Both the position numbers and the translations under genes were made by a program. A DNA stretch of 64,000 nucleotides from Eledone cirrhosa (taxonomy: Eukaryota), in the NCBI GenBank assembly GCA_964016885.1, contig OZ024743.1, positions 203,050,001 to 203,114,000 of the forward strand, given 5' to 3'. Positions 1 to 14,269 of the stretch are shown one piece after another. The notes under the pieces were generated by a model. It had not been told where the DNA came from, ran no database searches, and saw only the letters and a program-made list of their open reading frames with translations. The first letter of the stretch is position 1; each line of letters opens with the position of its first letter.

Positions 1-887
1 ATATTTGTTACTCTTATATTGGGGGTTCTTTTTCCCATATATGTGAGGGAAAAGGTGTAAAGGGGGAACATAATTGGCGACACAGAATATTTTTGTGCCG
101 TCAATTGGTCTTTCATTAGCACTGAAATGCTTCCAAAAAGTTTACCTTTTTGGATGAAGGCAATATCCTTCATTGAATATTTCAGAACCAGTTCAATTTC
201 GTTTTGAGATAATTGGACTGGTCTTTTAGACACATTTGAAACTGTCCTAAAAATTATTGTTTTTAGGATAGTTTCTCTACGTAACTGTTGAGAAGTGATG
301 CTGAAAGCACCACTCTCACCAAAAGTTACATACTGCTTTGCATCACTTAACAGCTCCCTAGCTTTGGAAATGTCAAGGTATGTAAACAGTTTCGTCTTTC
401 GGACGGTTTGTGAAAAGGAAATCTTATCCTTGTTTGTGGAGTTGTTCGTGTTGCTGTTGTTGTTATCATTGTTGCTGTTGTTGTTCTTGTTCTTGTTGTC
501 ATGGTTGTTGTTGTTGTTATTCTGGTTGGTGTTGTTTACATTTTTCATGTTATTGGTGTTTGTGTTACAATCAACGTTCGACATCGTGTTTTCAAAACTG
601 ACGACATTTTCGACGTCTTTCAATGAGGTGGTGAGAGGAGGTGACTGCGAGCTTAACACTCATACCGCCTCACCACCACTTGGAGAAAATTTGTTTACAA
701 TTTTTTTCACCGAAATTTTTTTTCAAACGAAAATTTCACCCCAGGGAGGGATGAAGATGAATTGACCCACCGTCTGAAAGTCCAGGCGTGGGGTCAAGCT
801 ATAAAATAGTATCAAATTTAAGAATACATTTTTGATTTCTTACTTAGAAAATCAACAAAAACTTACCAGATAACTGGCACACGTCTA
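1..887 (-). mobile_element. Tx1/L1-clade LINE, 5' UTR and ORF1 N-terminal part (runs off window start)
   Basis: Minus-strand translation (…KQYVTFGESGAFSITSQQLRRETILKTIIFRTVSNVSKRPVQLSQNEIELVLK…MKDQLTAQKYSVSPI) aligns with ORF 41851..42276. It shares a 5' start (tagacg[t/c]gtg) and a UTR hairpin with the copy ending near 42961. Confidence 0.85.
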
Positions 888-910
888 TCGAGATGAGAGA
901 TGTGATAGAT

Positions 911-937
911 ATGTTTCTTTATTAGCCACAGAGGCAC
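911..937 (-). mobile_element. 27-bp extreme 3'-end fragment of the Tx1-like LINE
   Basis: atgtttctttattagccacagaggcac duplicates 965-991 (1 mismatch), includes the AATAAA on the minus strand, and is flanked by gatagat. Confidence 0.75.
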
Positions 938-964
938 GTATGATATGATAGATATATGATAGAT

Positions 965-3210
965 ATGTTTCTTTATTAGCCACAGGGGCACAACAGAAGG
1001 GGACAAATACAAATGGGGAAGTTTACATACAATAAAAACGTGTAAAATATTATCACAAATGCAATTTAAAAATTAATCGATTTTCCCCAGTAGGGGGAGA
1101 CATTACATATAGGTAACACATACCAGGGAAAAAAAATGTGCAATCCTCATCTCCAGAAGTACGAAGAGTTTGTACCTCTTTCCTCTCCTCTCCTCCTCTT
1201 TTTCCTCAACCTACAGGCTGATATAGAGAGAAGGCCCATTCACTCGGGCCATTCTCGCCACTTTCACCCACCTTTCATATAAAACTTGCTGGGGTACAGC
1301 ACCTCTCTCTCCATCCTGATTCTTCTTCCACAGTGGTATTTGAAAAAAAGAATCAGTTGTTGGCCGGAGAGAAAGGTGTCTGACCTCAGCCCTTTCAACC
1401 TTGTCCACCATACAACCTCTTTCGCCATAGCTATCACACAAAGGAAAACCGCCTCTCCTTCGTTTTTGAAGGAGGGTGGCGGTTTGATCATGACAATGGA
1501 CTGGGTGGTAAACCGGATTGGTTCCACCCGAGACAATAGTCGTTCTACATAGCCCCACAGGTCGGTAGTGTATGAATGCGTACGCGACCTTTCTTCGTCT
1601 CGCACGCACCTCGAACAGATCTATTTTGCAGGGTCCCTGCGGGCGCCCATGTCTGTAGAGCTGGTCTCGAACTGGTAGAGCTCCTCAGTCGCACTGCCAG
1701 GCCAGGGAATTTTGGAAGTTGTCCATGGGTCCCGGGTGGAAGGTTCTACCGAACAGACTGGCCAGTTCGTCTTCCTCTACGCCCAGAGTTTCACCGACCA
1801 CGTCGTCGCACTTGCTGCGGGTCAACCCTCTATAGAATGACGAAGTGGAGTCTCCACTGATCGCCGCGTCCGCTTGCCAGAGGGCTGTGAGCGCCTGAGC
1901 ACATTCGATGTGCCAGTCGCCCATTTTCCTCGGTCTTTGCTTGACTCAGGACTGCAGCTCGGTGAGGAATACGTAGAGATGCCGCAGCCTAAGCGCGTGT
2001 TTGCGTATCGTCAGCCACGGCAACCCCAGCCCTCCGTTGGAAGGGCGTTGGCAGCAGATGGATCTTCCCACTAAAGGAGCCCGCCTCTTCCAAAGGAATT
2101 GGAAGAGCGCGAGCTCCATTTTGGCGAGCGTTTTGGCTGGACAAGGCACGACGGTCAAGTGGTAGTAGATGGCGGACGATATAAAAGTGTTCGCCACCTC
2201 CGCTCGACCTTTCAATGACAGTTTGCACTCCGCCCACTTCTGGGTGAGTGCAAACACCTTGGCGAACACCTCGTTCCAGTTACTCTCCACCTGGAGGTCC
2301 GGACCAAACCAGACCTCGAGCAGCTTTACTGGTCCTTCCATCCAGCGTCCGACGACGCCATCGGAAGGCATCGGTCTGCCTCTCCACGATCCGAGTTGCA
2401 AACCGATCAACTTGTCCCGGTTCAGCTTCGCTCCTGTGAACCTTTCGTATTCCTTCAGTAAGGTGCCGACTTCCTCGATTTGCGAGGCGCTCGACGCCAT
2501 TACTGTTACCTCGCCGGCGTAGGCCGACGCCGCTTTCCGCATTCCCAGTTCCAGGGGGATGCCCTACAAAAGCTCCAACTTCCGCAGTAGTGGCTCGAGA
2601 TTCAATACGTACAGAAGGGAAGAGAGAGGGCATTCCTATCGAATGGATCGCGTGAAATGGAACGGCTCCGAGAGGTAGCCGTTCACCTTAACCCTTGAGC
2701 AGATGTTGCTGCAATCCAGCCCCTGGAGAATACCACCATCTGTTGTTGACAATGGCCCCTGTCAAGTATGGTTTAACTAAAGTGCTAATCCGTCTACTGT
2801 AGGCTTTGCATGTCGGTAACGACAAGTTCAGCTTCCAGTAGCCGGGTTCTTGTCTATGGGTTCTATCAAGGTTGACCATGCAGGTCACTAGTTTGTGATC
2901 TGAATAGGCAACGATGAACATTTGTGGACAGCTTAACATGTCCCTATCCTTATTTCTAACTAGAACCCTATCTAGGTACGATCTAGATGTTCCGCTACGA
3001 TTAGTCCACATCCACAGTGGCACAGTCGGAAAATCGAGTCAATATCTATCGGCCAGGTCAAATCGGCCGATTAACTGTTTGAGGATGTTACACCCCACAT
3101 TATCGGGACATGCTCCCACATAGTCCCAACGTGCATCTAGGATTCCATTCCAGTCCCCCACTAAAAGCAAGGAGCGGGACGTTCCCAGAAAAGTCTCTAT
3201 ACGTTTGAAA
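965..3210 (-). mobile_element. 5'-truncated, internally deleted Tx1-like LINE (ORF2 pseudogene plus 3' UTR)
   Basis: APE motifs VGDWNG, YLDRVLV, YSDHKLV, GYWKLN; post-RT region AYAGE…GAKLN…LSLKGRA…GGLGLP; colinear with 37280-40570. About 1 kb of linker/RT is missing near 2725. Confidence 0.93.
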
Positions 3211-3605
3211 GATAGATAGACAGACAGTGTGTGCCTGTGTATGGAGGCGTGCATCGTTGCATGTTCGTACGTGCATGTGTCTGTATGAGAGTCAATACAT
3301 TTTTGAAATATTAGTGGCCAACTTATCACGATATTGTTATTCGCTATCATTTTCATATTGATTCATGAAAAATGATTTCAATCTGACAAATTCCTCGACT
3401 GATATGCTGTCAAGTTTATCATGTGTGGTTCAGTCAGACAATTACGGATCACTAAATATATCAGTCTTATTTCAACTTCCATGAACCTGAAATAATAATA
3501 TTTTGCAAACAATCATATCCCTACGTTTCAATGTAATTCGTTCCATATATATATATATATATATTTATATACAAAATCATACGCATATATAGATACATAT
3601 ACACT

Positions 3606-3638
<33 letters not shown>

Positions 3639-3697
3639 GTGTGAGTGTGTGTAGGAGTGTGAGTGTGTGTATGTATGTATGAGTATGATTTGTATAG

Positions 3698-3750
<53 letters not shown>

Positions 3751-4803
3751 TAATATATAGCTAAGATACTATCTATACATTCGCACACACACATATATAC
3801 ATATATGTGTGTGTGTGTGCACGTGTTTGTTTGTATGTGACGTTATAGATAGTATCTTAGCTACATCTACATCATATTTATTGTCACTTGATTTTCAATT
3901 TCGTCAACAGCGACATTATGTCGTGTCAGTCCAGATTGAAAGCTTTCAGTTCCACACGTCTGAAACAAATGTGTACCAATCAGCGGCGGTCAAACTGCTA
4001 TAATTTATTACTGCAGGCAGTACATACTACTAGATGGAGAATTGCTACAAAAATAATATATTTCTACCGACTTCTAGTTTTCCTTATTTCAGTATTGGTT
4101 CTGTTCAGAGATCTCCCATTGCCTTTTGTGGTATCCTTTTCCATCTTTAAAGGTATGGATCCCCGTCGCTGCTAGCTGATAACACAGATTTGACTTTTCT
4201 TTCTGCGAATTTTTTGAAGAATGACTCCCTTAGTCGACATGTAAATATCCCAATTCTTTTATCAAGTGAGAATAAGCTTTATTGATTTAGTTCGAGTGAG
4301 AGCTGGTTCTTCTGGTGTTACAAGTTCGTACATTGGAAAAAGGAATCAATTTTACTCAGCAACTACATGAGAATATCCATCGACATTCAAGACATCTCAA
4401 CAAGCGCGAATCTTAGTAAGTACTTCTGATCAGTATTAGCAATTGTGTGACAAATTTCCTGTGTTCTAGATGAATTTAATTTCACTCATTGCGTAATACG
4501 TTTTCAAGTTTATAAAAAATTAATTTCTTCCATGATTCGACACAATACAATTTTTACCGTTTACGTATTGTGTTTGTGACACCAAACAAGCGATAGTTAA
4601 AGTCTTGCTTATGTAGGCTCCGTCTACAAACAAACTTCAGAATTTCTCGATTGTATTTCTTTTCACTGATATATTTTAATTACGTCCATATGCTTCCATT
4701 TTACCGATTCCCAACAATATTTTAATGTAATTGCTTGTATTTGTCGCACTTTCGTTGCAATTACTGGACTTGTAATCTATATATTATTTGTATTTAATCG
4801 ATT

Positions 4804-4860
4804 CTGAGGAGGATAATCTCACAGGAATGGCATAGTCCTGTTAGCCCAAACAAACGCTCA
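4804..4860 (+). ncRNA. Degenerate hammerhead-like remnant
   Basis: CTGAGGA, then ggataa…acagga/tcctgt…ttagcc stem; the GAAA is altered to caaa; AT-rich tail follows. Confidence 0.35.
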
Positions 4861-5150
4861 TAAATAATTAAAAACCTTATTTTTCATTGTTCTCTCAGAT
4901 ATTTTATGTAATACATACATTGATACACATATACTACTCTCTAAAATACAGTTAGATATGTAAAACTAAAACATAAATTCAATTAAACATTTTAATTAAA
5001 ATTCTATAATTGATATTAATAGAATATACTAAGAAAAACCATAAAAATTTATGGAAGCAAACAAAGGGAAGATTTAGCGAATAAGAAACTTATAACAACT
5101 TAGGATGTAGTAACAAATGAGATAGACTATTTTCAGAATAAAATAGAGAT

Positions 5151-5340
5151 AATAATTGTTTCTACTTTTTAGCACAAGGCCAGCAATTTACCAGTGCATT
5201 ACTGGTACATTATTTTATCGACCCCGTAATGATGATAGACAAAGTTAACCTCGACTGGATTTAAACTCAGAATGGCAATGGCCGTAACTATATGCGTCAA
5301 AGCATAGCGTCCGACCCTCTACCGATACTGCCAATCCACC
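5151..5340 (-). mobile_element. tRNA-derived SINE with Meta-like central domain
   Basis: A box tggcagtatcgg, B box gagtttaaatcc, central …acggggtcgataaaataatgtaccag, (ATT)n tail; at least five copies in the window. Confidence 0.85.
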
Positions 5341-5766
5341 ATAATATATATAGTATTAGTTTATTAGAAATAAGTTACATTCACAAATATACACACATGA
5401 AGTACCATTTTATTCCTCTGTATTGAATTCGTCTGAATCATTAAACAATGTAAAAAACATTATTATTTTCCAAGCGCTTGTACGGATATCTCCATTTAAC
5501 GTTTCCCGACTACATTTTGAGTTGTTTACATTTTCGAAATGGAGGTGTTCAGTTGCTAATTAATTGTGTTTCTTTTTGTATTGTTTAATGATTCTGAGCA
5601 ATTCAATAAAGTGGAATGCAATAGTTCTTCCTACTGTATTGAAAGAGTACTTCGTAAATCTATTAGATAATTTAATCGAGGCTATCTTTTTAGACATTTT
5701 ATATGTTTATACATATCTATATAATATCAACACACATACACACACAAATATATATATATGTATATA

Positions 5767-5797
<31 letters not shown>

Positions 5798-5907
5798 GAT
5801 GTGTATGTGTGTGGGTGTGGGTGTTTTCTTGTGTGTTTACGTATGCATGCATCTAAAAGCAAACAGACATAACAAAGCAAACCACACAGTACAACTAAGA
5901 AATATAC

Positions 5908-5969
<62 letters not shown>

Positions 5970-6345
5970 ATATATATGTATCTATGTATTAATAGGTGTG
6001 CATTGTGTGCATCGGATTTTTCTCGCACATAAGATTGACATATAGCAGACAACGAAAATGGAAACAAGTCTTGAAATACAAAATGGATGGACATTTATAA
6101 TTCTATGTTAGAGATTCAATTCAATTTAAGAGACTGATTCATTGTGTGCCTTCGATATATATATATTACTTCAAACGAAACCCAGCTGAAGAAATCCATT
6201 GTGATTAATTCTTTACAATTTAGACAGGCATATTATATATGTATAATTGTGTCTTTATAAAATATCACTTCCTCCCACTCTCAAAGTCTTTCTGTATATA
6301 TATTTACGTATACTAAAAGACTTTGAAAGTGGGAGGAAATGATGT

Positions 6346-6484
<139 letters not shown>

Positions 6485-6507
6485 TTATATATATATATAT
6501 ATATATA

Positions 6508-7757
6508 CTTAGGTTAACGAAGACGAAGAATTTCCTTGCGTACCATTTTGTACCACAGATGCGATCTCACCCTGCCTCGTTAATGTCCTATCGACACCAA
6601 AGTTCAACGTTCGGGGCAATAGAATTGAATCCAACCACCAACAACATAGCTGGATGACCGATAATCACACCAAACCGGAGTACTGTGATCCTTGTGATTT
6701 CCAGATATACAACCACTGACACTGTTACGAAGACCAGGAAACCATACTCCATAATATTGAACCAAGTGATTGATTTGTGCGACCAAAATAACACCAAACA
6801 CATATTGAACTAGGAATATTGGATCCTCCGTCAATGTCCGGGTGAGCAAAAATAGAGCTCTATCTGCATTGGAATTTACGAACTTGTGCATCTGCTGTGG
6901 TGTCAAAAACAAACGCACATGACCGTACAAATAAACAATGGACCATGCCACGTGGCTTGAACCCGTAAGTGAATTGAAGGTTCTGCAACTCTGATACACA
7001 GATTATTTATTATTAAGATGTATAAACTTGACATAACTATTATCATCTTATATTCTCTCAACTAATCACACTTGATCATATTTCTCTATCCCGTTTTCTC
7101 CCCCCATAATTATTATATTTTTATTATTATTTGAAAAAATCGGTTTTTTTACATTGTGTTTTCCCCTCCAAATATTCGCTTATATTTCTTTATATATTCT
7201 CTATATATTTTTTTATCTTTATTTTTTTATCTTTATTATTTCCACTTTTATCCTCCTTTATATTTTACCTTATTCTTACTTTTATACCTTATTATAGTGT
7301 AATCTTCCCCATGCCTTATTATACACTATTAATTATAGATTATTATTATTACTCTTTTTCCATTTCTAATTACCTCATGTACTTTCTCCTCCGCTATATA
7401 TATATATATATTGTATACCCTTTGTGTTTGTGTAGCCTCTGCGCACCCTCTGCACCATACTATCGACGCCACCCCAGCTATGGTTCAGCTAACCACCCGA
7501 CTCCCGGGAATGAATATGACCGCAGCTAGTAAACAAGGACCCACACCCCACCCTCCCCCACCAAAATTAGACGTATCGTCCCCTACTTTTGCTCTTTACT
7601 CTCTTTACTCTTTGTTCTTGAATGTTTGGTTGGTAGAGTCCATAACACCAATCAAACCCCTTTTATAGCTCTGACGAATCCTACGGTTACGTAAGGAAGA
7701 AACATTGTAAGCCAATAAAAATCTTTTGATGTTGTAGACGCTCTTGTGTTCTTTTTC
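6508..7757 (+). mobile_element. Unclassified PLE-like insert bounded by (AT)n with a 3' hammerhead
   Basis: (AT)n on both sides; higher-GC segment 6510-7000; T-rich UTR-like region; intact HHR followed by AATAAA at the 3' end. Confidence 0.55.
7668..7712 (+). ncRNA. Type I minimal hammerhead ribozyme
   Basis: gct CTGACGA a-tcct-acg(gtta)cgt-a-agga-a GAAAC att GTA agc: stem I gct/agc, intact core, GUA site. Confidence 0.85.
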
Positions 7758-7773
7758 ATATATATATATATAC

Positions 7774-7834
<61 letters not shown>

Positions 7835-7893
7835 TATACATATATTTATATATATACATATATATATATATATACATATATTTATATATATAC

Positions 7894-7936
<43 letters not shown>

Positions 7937-8333
7937 AATATATATATATATATATACATAAATATATATATATATATATATATGGTTTTGTGTATAATTT
8001 TGTGTTTGCTGATGTGAACTGCTTCGTTATACCAGCTAAGGAAACGTAATTGGAATAACGATGCATCACTCTCTTTTATATATATTTATTTGAATTAAAC
8101 GCGCATTCTCTCTCATTCTCCGGCTCATACACTTTCAGTTGTTCACAATGTTTTTCTGGGAATCGTTAGGATCTCTGGAGAATGTTTTATGGAATTCATA
8201 CCGGTTCACTGCGCTCTTGGTTTAAATGCCATCTTGATAAACATTCTTATCACCATTTAAAGATTGATAAATAAAGTACCACTCAAATTGGCTGATCAAT
8301 TCTTGTTCGATATGCCATTCCTGTCTCTATCGT

Positions 8334-8336
<3 letters not shown>

Positions 8337-8410
<74 letters not shown>
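8337..8410. repeat. (CT)n microsatellite
   Basis: Direct inspection. Confidence 0.95.
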
Positions 8411-8414
<4 letters not shown>

Positions 8415-9124
8415 TCCTTCTCTCTTACCACAATCTCGCTATCCTTATCTATCTTCAATCTCTCTCTATCTCTATCTTCCTTTCTCTCTAGAAGAAATCA
8501 GTTGTTTTCAGATCTGTATATTGACAATCAGAGTATGCAAATCATGAATTGAATTAGAGTTACAAATATAGAATTTAGAGACAGCATGATCACCGGAATG
8601 GGCGAATCCTACGTCCTTATTGTGTTCAAAATTAGGAGGAATCTATCCTAAAGTTAACTTATTTTTAGAAAGCTATGTATTAGGTATAAGTCTCGAGCTA
8701 CATCAAAATTCTTATATTTTATCTAGAGTTATTTGTGTATAGATTTTTTTTTAATTCTACGAAATCTTTGTGTAAACTATATTAAAAGATATGGGATGTT
8801 TTGTTTTTCGTGTTTTGGGTTTTGTTTTCTTTCGTATCATGCTTTCATCAACATAATAAAAGTACCGCGAACAAACGAATAAATATAACGATGTTTCCGG
8901 ATGACAATGGCTATATGTAAATGAATGTGTAAATCATTTTTTAAAGTTTTTTGTACAAACATTAAAATGGAGACACATTATTGTCTAATCATACATATAA
9001 TTTTTTCATATATTGTATTGCTTTTTTATAATTTGAAACATCCTAAACATGTGATTCAGATTTACGACTGGAAGAAGTTTGGCTACTAATGCATGCTTAC
9101 AGACATACAGGCAAATCAACATGT

Positions 9125-9171
<47 letters not shown>

Positions 9172-9920
9172 TGTGTGTGTATACACACTCGTTTATACGA
9201 ATTTCCCTTTCAGTTTTCAATTACATTGTTCGAAATACGTAACTGGAAAAAAAAGACCACTGATGTAGACAGCATTGAGAGGTTTCTTTCATAATTATTC
9301 AATTATTTGTCAAATTATAAACTACAGGAAGTTTAAAGAATATTTTCTGAATGTTTAACTGATTGAAACCGATTGTCTGATAATAAAGAATACATACTTA
9401 TCTATTGTACACGCTTTATAAATTATGAAATATTTCTGCCGCGTCATTCTCTGTTTCCCATATATACTTGGTCGGAATAATGCTACGGTAGATACTAGTA
9501 ATAATAAAAATATATATTTTTAAGATAACATTGAAAATGACATTAAGAGATTGAAGAGATGCAGCAGGTTTCTCACCACAGAAGGGATGCTAAATACACA
9601 AGGACTTAATGATATATCTATATATATATACATATATATATATTGTCATATTTGGGGAGGGTCATATTCCTATAATATTGCCAGAAATAATAATAAAACA
9701 CACACACTGTTTGGTTTGGACTGGTTTTCGCTTCTGTATATTTTATATCCCTATAGTTAATTTATCTGGTAATCAATGTTTCTTTCATTGATTGACCAAC
9801 GGTTAAAAATATATATATAAATATATATATATATAGTCTATCAAAGTTCTTTCATCACACACTGTGACATCTACAGTGGTACTATTATGTTTCCTCCCGT
9901 TGTATTGTAACCTCCATTCC

Positions 9921-9994
9921 ATATATATATATATAGAGAGAGAGATAGAGTGAGAAAGAGAGATCCATGTATATATGTTTGTATATATATTTAA

Positions 9995-10087
<93 letters not shown>

Positions 10088-10126
10088 GTGAGAGAGAGAG
10101 AGAGAGTGAGAGAGGGAGAGAGAGTG

Positions 10127-10219
<93 letters not shown>

Positions 10220-10220
10220 T
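9921..10220. repeat. Compound (AT)n/(AG)n microsatellite
   Basis: Direct inspection. Confidence 0.9.
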
Positions 10221-11049
10221 GGGGCGGGCATTTACGTCTGTCTGTGTGTATATATGTTTGTATGGGGAAGGTTGGTACATAAGCAGCCATGCATAGACAG
10301 ATGGATGTGAAGATTTCTGTTTATGTTTGGGTACATTTAGGGTTATACATTAATTTTATAGAATTAGTATTTATTCAGCAATAAAAATACCTATAAACGA
10401 AATGTATATTTAGAATAAAACATATTTCGGGTAATATATCTTTCGATATGGATTTAAATATACCCTAATGTCTGTTTGTTTTTGTACGTATGTGTGCGTG
10501 TGGTCATCTATATTCGTGTGAAGTGTAAGGCCTTGTGTGTATGTGTATGTATGTTTATGCGTGTGTGTGTGTGTGTTTTATTGTCTGAATTTGTATATAA
10601 TTATCCTGAAACATCTTAGGTAGGATGATTATTTTTATCCGTATTAACGTCGCCATCGCCGTCATTCTCAAACTCTTCATAATCATCATCATCATCATCA
10701 TCATCGTCACCTTCATCATCATCGTCACAGTCCACATCATCATACTATATTTTACAGTTACTTAATGTATTCTGTTTCATTATATAATGTTGGTTTTGTT
10801 AAATATATGTGGTCGGTAGGATTATGTATGGACTTGCAAGAACATGCGAGCCCTTAGCACATATCACCACTCCAGAGTTTTCTTTAGTTCTAAGCACCGG
10901 TTCAAAAGCGATGAGAGTAACGGTACAAACCTAAATATCCAGTTATTACAATTATAGAAACAAAATATTATGTGATGAGCTACTGTGGGACCACCATCTA
11001 TGCTGCCATATCCAGGTACGATGATCTTTTTCTGCAGCTAGCTGTACAA

Positions 11050-11600
11050 TTTTCTCTCTTTATTAATACCATTAAACGTATAGAATCAAACATTGAGTCA
11101 GTCCTAGTTCTGATTACATTGGCTTGAAATATGTGCGTTATGCAGCCCTTATTCTCTATCTTTAGGCCAAGAGCCCCAAGTCATTGATTTATTAGAGCTT
11201 GATCTCCATCATATTTTTTGCTACGGAGAACATATTACCCATGCAGTGGAATTCATTCCCATTTAGTGCGCAGTCTCCGTTGACCTTCATGCTTTGCCAC
11301 CATTCTGATGATATTTGCCGCCTTAATTTCAGAATCACTATCATTTTCAAAATGTATTTGTAATTCTTCTGCAACCTTCCTATATTCATTTGTAATTGAA
11401 CGTAACCTCTTCGTGATCTACAAACATTTCCAGCATACAGTTTTCTGTAGTGTTAATGTATTGTTCGAGTCCAATAATTGATATTTTGCATGGCCGCTCA
11501 AATTGGATCATTCCTCTATCTCAGTTTTCTTTAGGAAATTGAGGCGATCCACATTTGCTTTTGAGTGATGTAGTTTATTACAAATCACAAGTTTCCCGAT
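11050..11600 (-). mobile_element. Ancient CR1/L2-like RT relic
   Basis: Minus-strand fragments LYAG…LQMNIGRLQ…W…GNEFHCM…NDLG follow the order of YADD…LQxDL…W…FNxxK…DLG. Confidence 0.4.
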
Positions 11601-14269
11601 GTTAGTGTTCATTTTATTCATTTCTTTAACATTCCAATTAATGATATTTAAACTTAGGTGACAACTGGTATTGCAAGTGCATTTATAGCAGATATTTTAT
11701 TATTTGGTGTTTGAGCTCAGATTTGAAGACACCACATACACTGCGGTAGCATTTCTTTCTGATACCCTCTTTCTGATCTGTGCTTTTTGATCCATCAGAT
11801 ACATTCCGCCTTCAGATGCATTCCGATGCATTCCGCGCCCATGCATTGAATTTTATGGTAGCGTGAGGAATGTTTCGTTTATGTCAAATATTATCTAAAC
11901 TATAATAAAGAAAGGAGTGCGGGACTGCGTCCAGAATATATTTTTTTATCCCGTTTAAAAAATAAGTTGGATTACTTTGAATAAATAACGAAGGAATATT
12001 ACATAATTTATCTACTAAATTTCGTATTTCGTAACTCTTGATTAAATGTTATTGCTTATTTAAAGATTCACTTCTTTAAAATTTTCAAATGTCAACACTT
12101 CCGGTTAGCTTCCGTTATATCATAACACTTATAAAAAGATCGCATATATTTCCGTCGCTAATTTTCTCCTAATGCAGCTTGTATATAATATCGTCTTTTT
12201 TAAATGTATCATGGATTATTTTATTGCTTGCAAAAGGGAGTGTAAAACAAACTCTCTTCAATTTCTATGGATATTGTCAATTCGATTTTATTTGACATAT
12301 CATTTCTATATGCATATATATTTGCGTATACTATCAATATTCACACCACACTTGCTAGCAGAAAACCACCCGCAGAGTGGTTTTTCTGCTTGCATGCGTA
12401 ATGAAAACGTGACTTAGTAGAACTGCTACAAACTTTTGCTTCCATCACTCATTTAGTTTCGTTTTGTTTCGTTCTAAATTCAAAACCTGAAAAGATATTT
12501 CTGTTCACTCTTCCTTCATACAAGAGGTACCACTGACGCCGTATGTCAATTCAATTAAGTGTATAATTACTCCAAACTTTAGCCTCATAATCGATCAATA
12601 AATTAAAATTATGAAAGTTAACAAAGAATATAATAGATGATTAAAAGTATGATGGATATAAAATATAACAGAATATAATTTTTCAAATTAATTAAAATTA
12701 TTTAACGATGAAAAAAATGGAATATGTAATATCATAAAGTGTGGAAGAGTGTGGAAACGAAGAAAGTGACATTTAAATAAACGTCAAAAGAAAGAAAAAT
12801 GTGCAATAAGAAAACAACTCCAATTCAGAAGATGAATATAATTACATTTATTAACATCAAAATTACTTGGATATTATCTGTAATATTGCTACAGCTTTAA
12901 CTGAACTCTAGTCACACGCTAATGCCCCCCAGACAGAAACCAATTACGCAACATCTACATACACAAATACTCAGATACATACATGGATACACCCACAAAC
13001 ATAAACGCACACACATACACCCATACTCACACATACATTGAATCAAAAACATAAAGCACCATCCTACGCCTGATTAATGTCCATCTTTTTCATTCAGACA
13101 AACTGACTTTATTCTATCAGGAAACATAAATACTACATCCGGAATGAACCTGTTTCAAACAGTAAATTGAGGAACTTTTTTTTTTTATTTCCTCAATAAT
13201 TCTTTTCTTTTATATGGTTGATGAATGACACAGAACCGTTTAACGAGTTGTTCTCTCTTTCTTCTCCGCTGAACCGACTCAAGCTACTCCTCAATATTAA
13301 ATTGATGTTAAAATTACTTCGCCAAGAAAATGTGTGATATTTTCTAAATGATTGCAATTTGCATCATGTCTTTCTTTTGTAGTTATCTTGTTATTATTTT
13401 CTCCGTTTCATAAACGACGCTAAATGGCGCCATTTCAAAATAGCAAAGCTTCAGATTAAACAAGCCAGTAACATTCTTTCCATCTATTACCACATCATTA
13501 TTGGGTGATTTCTATGTTATTTTACTTATATTACAGAATAAATCCCTTGAGAATATCATTAACATTACATAATTCTACATAGTATCCTCAGAATCCAAAT
13601 AGGACAAGTGAGTCTGCTATTGGATCTCTCAGATCATTTAATCTACAAACAAATCGAATATACCTAGCATTTCCCAATCACATAGTCGTATAGTTATCCA
13701 CGTGACCAATGCATTTCATTAAAAACGCCGCAAATTATCAAAATATTAGGAAGAGATTACAAAATCATCTGCGCAGATTATGCCAATATTGTATAAATAA
13801 ATCAACGGAAAAGTATCTGAGTAGTCACTCGATCTGCTACAATTCCTTGCAGTCTATGGTACACTAAGTCTGAAAGTTTTCAAACAGAGCACAATATTGA
13901 GTGCCTGGTTAGTTTGATTGACCATTAGAATATAGTAGGCAAGAATCAACCGAAAGCGAAACTTCAGCGACTGGTACCGTAAATGCTTCAAAACACTCAC
14001 CATACTCTAAAAATTGGGTAATGTGGTCGTTTGAATTTCAATGTTAACGTTCTAAAAATGATCAACAGTAGGCAAGGACATGGAATTTCATATGAATAAT
14101 CTGTGAATAGACGAGCATTGTCGCGGGTTTGTTCCCATAAGTTTCTATCCAGTGACTGCCCTAACCTGGCTGTATAACTAAGAGGCTGACAGACTATTGT
14201 TGATTACTGGAGATAAACGTCGTTGGCACTGAAATTATGTAATCTGGCCTATTTACAGTGTGTGCCAAC

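Noticed and set aside
410-601. Cys-rich ORF resembling a metallothionein or keratin-associated peptide
   Set aside because: Antisense reading of the (AAC)n-rich LINE ORF1; the same artefact occurs at 42191-42700.
3981-4600. Possible hAT relic (TIR-like cagcggcggtcaaact; SSDG peptide)
   Set aside because: No matching second TIR, and the peptide similarity is too weak.
8005-8052. HHR-like ctgatgt…gaaacgta
   Set aside because: A9 is missing and stem I cannot be formed.
12358-12389. 12-bp hairpin as a Helitron 3' end
   Set aside because: No CTRR terminus at the expected distance and no second copy in the window.
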